18,411 nt of DNA from the NCBI GenBank assembly GCA_051746725.1, contig JBNJFI010000039.1, forward strand, positions 1 through 18,411, written 5' to 3'. Position 1 is the stretch's first letter. Every line of letters starts with the position of its first letter. This DNA is from Fusobacteriota bacterium. GTDB lineage: Bacteria; Fusobacteriota; Fusobacteriia; Fusobacteriales; JBNJFI01. A program made the translations under genes and the position numbers. Below the pieces are notes generated by a model that did no database searches, was not told the DNA's origin, and was given only the letters and a program-made list of their open reading frames with translations. Of the stretch, positions 15,051-18,411 are shown in pieces.

Positions 15051-17600
15051 CTACTTAACTTCCTCTATTAATATTACTCCATTTTCTCCTGTAAATGTAA
15101 CTGAACTACTTGAAACTGTTCCTGTTTCTCCATTGTAAGCATTTCTTACATTAGTTCCATCTGCAAATATTCCTGATACATTAACAGATGTACTTCCATT
15201 TGATCCGACTTTTATAACTACTTTATTTGTATTCCATACTCTTCCATATGTATTATTTCCTAAATCAGTTTGACTCCCCGCTCCTACAGCTGGATTATTT
15301 CTTCTAAACTGACCTAATTTTTGCCAATGAGATAATACTTCTGGGTTCTCTCCCCAATTCATAGAAGATCTAGTTCCTTGGTCTGGATCACTACCAGCTG
15401 GTCCAAGAGGTCTATCTGTTTCATCTCCATAGAAAATTTGTGATCCTCCTGGAGCTAATATTAAACTTGTTCCTGCTGATATTTTATTTCCAATTGCTCC
15501 TAATTGTGTATCATGTGAAGAAATATAGTGCAATGCATTAATATTTGAATTGTTTAAATCACTTGCATATGATCCCCATTGTGACGGATCTTGAGAGAAT
15601 CCAAAGTTTATCATGGAATCAAAATCTTGTATTCCATCTCCATTATTATCATTAAAGTAAGATTTATCTCCTCCACTTATTGTCCAGTCATAGTGTTCTC
15701 CTGTCATCCAGAAATCTTCATCCCAATCTGCACCAGGAGCAGTTGGATTATTTGCTCTCCAAGTATCTAAAGCACTCTGAGCTTTTCCTTTCAATTCTCC
15801 CCATCTAGGCATTTCAACATGTTTTGCTGTATCTACTCTAAATCCATCTATACCAAATTCTTCTACCCAAGCTGCTAGCCATTCTTCAATATATACAGCT
15901 GGAGATAAACCAATATCATTTCTTAAATTTTTAGCTGCTGGAACTATCCAATCATCATAACTTGAATCTTCCATTGCCCATTTAGTTGATAAAATTGGAG
16001 CCATTCCAACATTTCCTTGCTCATTTGTTTTAAAATCAGGTAAATTTGCTAAATTACCATTTATCTCATCTTGTGTATCTGTTCCTAGATTACCCAAAGC
16101 ATTTTGATATATATCATCTTTTCCTGCTCTAACCCAGTTAGCTCCCCACCAACCAGACCAATCTCCTGAATAACTAAATTCACTATGGAAATCGTAGAAT
16201 GTTCCATCTGTTGCATCATCTAAAACAAAATCTTTGGCTGTTGTTGGATCCATATTTACTTCACCAAATCCATATTCAGCTGCATCTACTAAAGTATTAT
16301 AACCTGCATGATTCATTACAATATCCATAACTACTCTTATTCCTCTTTCATGTGCTTCATTTACAAAAGTTCTAAATTCTTCAACAGTCCCCATGTTTTT
16401 ATCCATCATTGTATAATCCAAAGGATAGTATCCATGATATGCATAATGTGGAAAATCCCCTGAATCTCCACCACTAACATACCCATGAATTTGTTCATAA
16501 GGCGATGTTATCCATATTGAGTTAATTCCTAGATTATCCAAATAGTCTAATTTTTGTGTAAGTCCTGCTATATCTCCACCATGAAAAGTTCCTACACTAG
16601 GAAGTCCATCATTTTTTCTACCATATGAATTATCATTTGCAGTATCTCCGTTATAAAATCTATCTGGAATAACAAAGTACATCAATGCATTATCCCAAGT
16701 AAAGTCTGCATCTGTTACTACTGGATTTACAGTTATGGCATAATTTTTTGTTATACCTTCTTTTGAAGCAGTTATATTAACTGATCCATCCATTACTCCT
16801 GTTACTTCTCCATTAACTACTGTAGCTACATTTTCATTATCACTTATCCAAGATATTCCTGCCGTCGTTGTAGTATTATCACTATAATTAGCAGTTCCAA
16901 CTAAAGTAATTGTATTTCCTTCATCTACTTCACTTGGACCTGTTATTGTGATACTTTCCAATACTGGATCTGGTTGTGGAGCTTGTTTATTAAAGTTTCT
17001 TCCAAATATTATAAAATCATAAATATCTACTACACTATCTACTTCTGTATATGCATATATATCTAACCAGTCTCCTGTTCCTTTAGTTGCAGGAAATATA
17101 TCATACGATACATCATATGCTTTATTATAGATATCTGCAAACATAGATAAATCTGTTAAATCTACTATATTATCTGAATTAAAATCTCCTAATAATTTTG
17201 GATCGCTTGTAGCTCTTTTTATTGCTTTATTTGAAGAACTTATTTCACTATCAAAGTCTTCTTGAGTAACTGATTTAACCTTTTTTGCAGTTACACCTTC
17301 TTTTACACCATTAATTTCCACAAGAGATTCTCCTAATTCTGAATCTAAAACTGTAATTATAGTTTCTTCTTCTCCTGTATTGATTATATATATTTTATTT
17401 GATTTTATTTGATCTTCAGTTATTTTTGCATTAATTTTAAACTCTGTTGCTAAACTTTTTTGATCTGACACCACAGATAAACTACCATTATTTCTTTCTA
17501 ACTTCACTCCATACCCAGTATCAGTTTCATTTCCACCTATACATCCCACTAATATTAATAATAGTCCTGTTAAAAATAACATTGTTTTCTTCTTAAACAT
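15051..17600 (-). CDS. Lipoprotein alpha-amylase: lipobox, beta-domain, dockerin-like, Ig (Big_2), GH13 (MalS-like, probably GH13_19)
   Basis: Start reassigned to ATG 17600 (GGAGG at 17606-17610; 849 aa). Lipobox LVG-C20; FTWDNALMYFVIPDRFYNGD, HGGDIAGLTQKLDYL, DFPHYAYHGYY, GIDGFRVDTAKHVE, MTGEH, ISSHD. Confidence 0.9.
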   Translation of the reverse strand: MFKKKTMLFLTGLLLILVGCIGGNETDTGYGVKLERNNGSLSVVSDQKSLATEFKINAKITEDQIKSNKIYIINTGEEETIITVLDSELGESLVEINGVKEGVTAKKVKSVTQEDFDSEISSSNKAIKRATSDPKLLGDFNSDNIVDLTDLSMFADIYNKAYDVSYDIFPATKGTGDWLDIYAYTEVDSVVDIYDFIIFGRNFNKQAPQPDPVLESITITGPSEVDEGNTITLVGTANYSDNTTTTAGISWISDNENVATVVNGEVTGVMDGSVNITASKEGITKNYAITVNPVVTDADFTWDNALMYFVIPDRFYNGDTANDNSYGRKNDGLPSVGTFHGGDIAGLTQKLDYLDNLGINSIWITSPYEQIHGYVSGGDSGDFPHYAYHGYYPLDYTMMDKNMGTVEEFRTFVNEAHERGIRVVMDIVMNHAGYNTLVDAAEYGFGEVNMDPTTAKDFVLDDATDGTFYDFHSEFSYSGDWSGWWGANWVRAGKDDIYQNALGNLGTDTQDEINGNLANLPDFKTNEQGNVGMAPILSTKWAMEDSSYDDWIVPAAKNLRNDIGLSPAVYIEEWLAAWVEEFGIDGFRVDTAKHVEMPRWGELKGKAQSALDTWRANNPTAPGADWDEDFWMTGEHYDWTISGGDKSYFNDNNGDGIQDFDSMINFGFSQDPSQWGSYASDLNNSNINALHYISSHDTQLGAIGNKISAGTSLILAPGGSQIFYGDETDRPLGPAGSDPDQGTRSSMNWGENPEVLSHWQKLGQFRRNNPAVGAGSQTDLGNNTYGRVWNTNKVVIKVGSNGSTSVNVSGIFADGTNVRNAYNGETGTVSSSSVTFTGENGVILIEEVK

Positions 17601-17631
17601 AATATCCTCCCTTTTTATTAAATATATGTGA

Positions 17632-18411
17632 TTATCCACCTATTCTCGCCATTGGAGCTGTAAATACATCTACATCTTCTTTTTCTGCTGAACTTGAAGG
17701 ATCAGCGCTATATTCTTCTGTTACATTATCAAATACTGTCGGATCATAAGGTAGAGATGCTATTCCACTTTGTCCAAAAGTTGATATATGCATAACTCCT
17801 ATCCCTTGTGTTTCTATATAATCTCGAGTTATTCCTAAAGTAGATAACGGTATTTTCATTTCATAAAAAGTGTCCTGAGAAGTACTATGCCCTAAACCTA
17901 TGAATTCTGAAAATTCACTATCAACCAAAAGATCATCAGGTGAATATCCAGCCCAAGCTCCTGGTTTATTTACTCCATATATCTCTGTTATACTTGGCAT
18001 TAAACCATCCACATAATTAAATGACACTCCATGGTCTGTAAAGTTACTAACATATTCAGCTTCATAGCTAAATGTACCTTCTGGAGTCAAACTAAATATT
18101 GCTGGTTCTCCTACTCCAGGTTTACTTGAAAACATTGCTAATTTATCCATTCCATTATCAAATGTATTGAATAAAGTTCCTGTAGCAGACCAAACTCCTG
18201 TTTCTCCGTCTTCTAAAGTTCCTGTTCCGCTTAAATTAGGATCTATATCAAATGCTAACATTTGAGGTATATCTCCATTCCATGGCTTTCCATTATCACT
18301 TATTGGATAATTTTGAGCTGGATCTGTCACATCAACTACATTTACAAATTGCCAACCTAGATAAAGATTCTCATCATCCCATGCTGCATATAGCGCATAT
18401 GTATCATATAC
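17632..18411 (-). CDS. C-terminal part of a protein ending in a CBM74-like granular-starch-binding module (5' end beyond the window)
   Basis: The frame stays open to the window edge: VYDTYALYAAWDDENLYLGWQFVNVVDVTDPAQ...SSKPGVGEPAIF...FYEMKIPLSTLGIT...GIGVMHISTFGQSGI...DPSSSAEKEDVD...ARIGG, matching motifs I recall for CBM74. The track's GTG start at 18330 is internal. Confidence 0.75.
   Translation of the reverse strand, partial: VYDTYALYAAWDDENLYLGWQFVNVVDVTDPAQNYPISDNGKPWNGDIPQMLAFDIDPNLSGTGTLEDGETGVWSATGTLFNTFDNGMDKLAMFSSKPGVGEPAIFSLTPEGTFSYEAEYVSNFTDHGVSFNYVDGLMPSITEIYGVNKPGAWAGYSPDDLLVDSEFSEFIGLGHSTSQDTFYEMKIPLSTLGITRDYIETQGIGVMHISTFGQSGIASLPYDPTVFDNVTEEYSADPSSSAEKEDVDVFTAPMARIGG

Noticed and set aside
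17601..17639. ORF-track N-terminal extension of the second amylase (GTG at 17639)
   Set aside because: Overlaps the upstream stop codon and contains the real RBS; ATG 17600 gives a proper lipoprotein signal peptide.

Overview
Very AT-rich chromosomal window from a probably anaerobic, diderm bacterium. A TolC-family gene is present and the secreted proteins are acidic; Fusobacteriota or Halanaerobiales is a guess only. Nearly all genes lie on the minus strand. In transcription order (right to left): the 3' end of a CBM74-type starch-binding protein and two lipoprotein GH13 alpha-amylases; a membrane 4Fe-4S protein; a ybjQ-ybjQ-M48 peptidase operon; an Fe-containing (butanol-type) alcohol dehydrogenase; a cyclase; a Ub-Mut7C RNase; a TolC/MFP/ABC-ATPase/MacB-type permease operon; and the 5' end of a YiiD-like thioesterase. 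The most striking system is the starch locus. Both amylases share a lipobox, a ~85-aa beta-rich (possibly cohesin-like) domain, a KRA motif, a dockerin-like domain and an Ig domain, suggesting a lipid-anchored, possibly self-assembling amylosome for raw or resistant starch. Features missed by the ORF track include a 28-aa plus-strand gene with its own promoters and terminator, two MITE-like elements that each carry a REP doublet, several operator palindromes and a cluster of DnaA-box-like 9-mers. All family assignments come from motif recognition by eye, not database searches.
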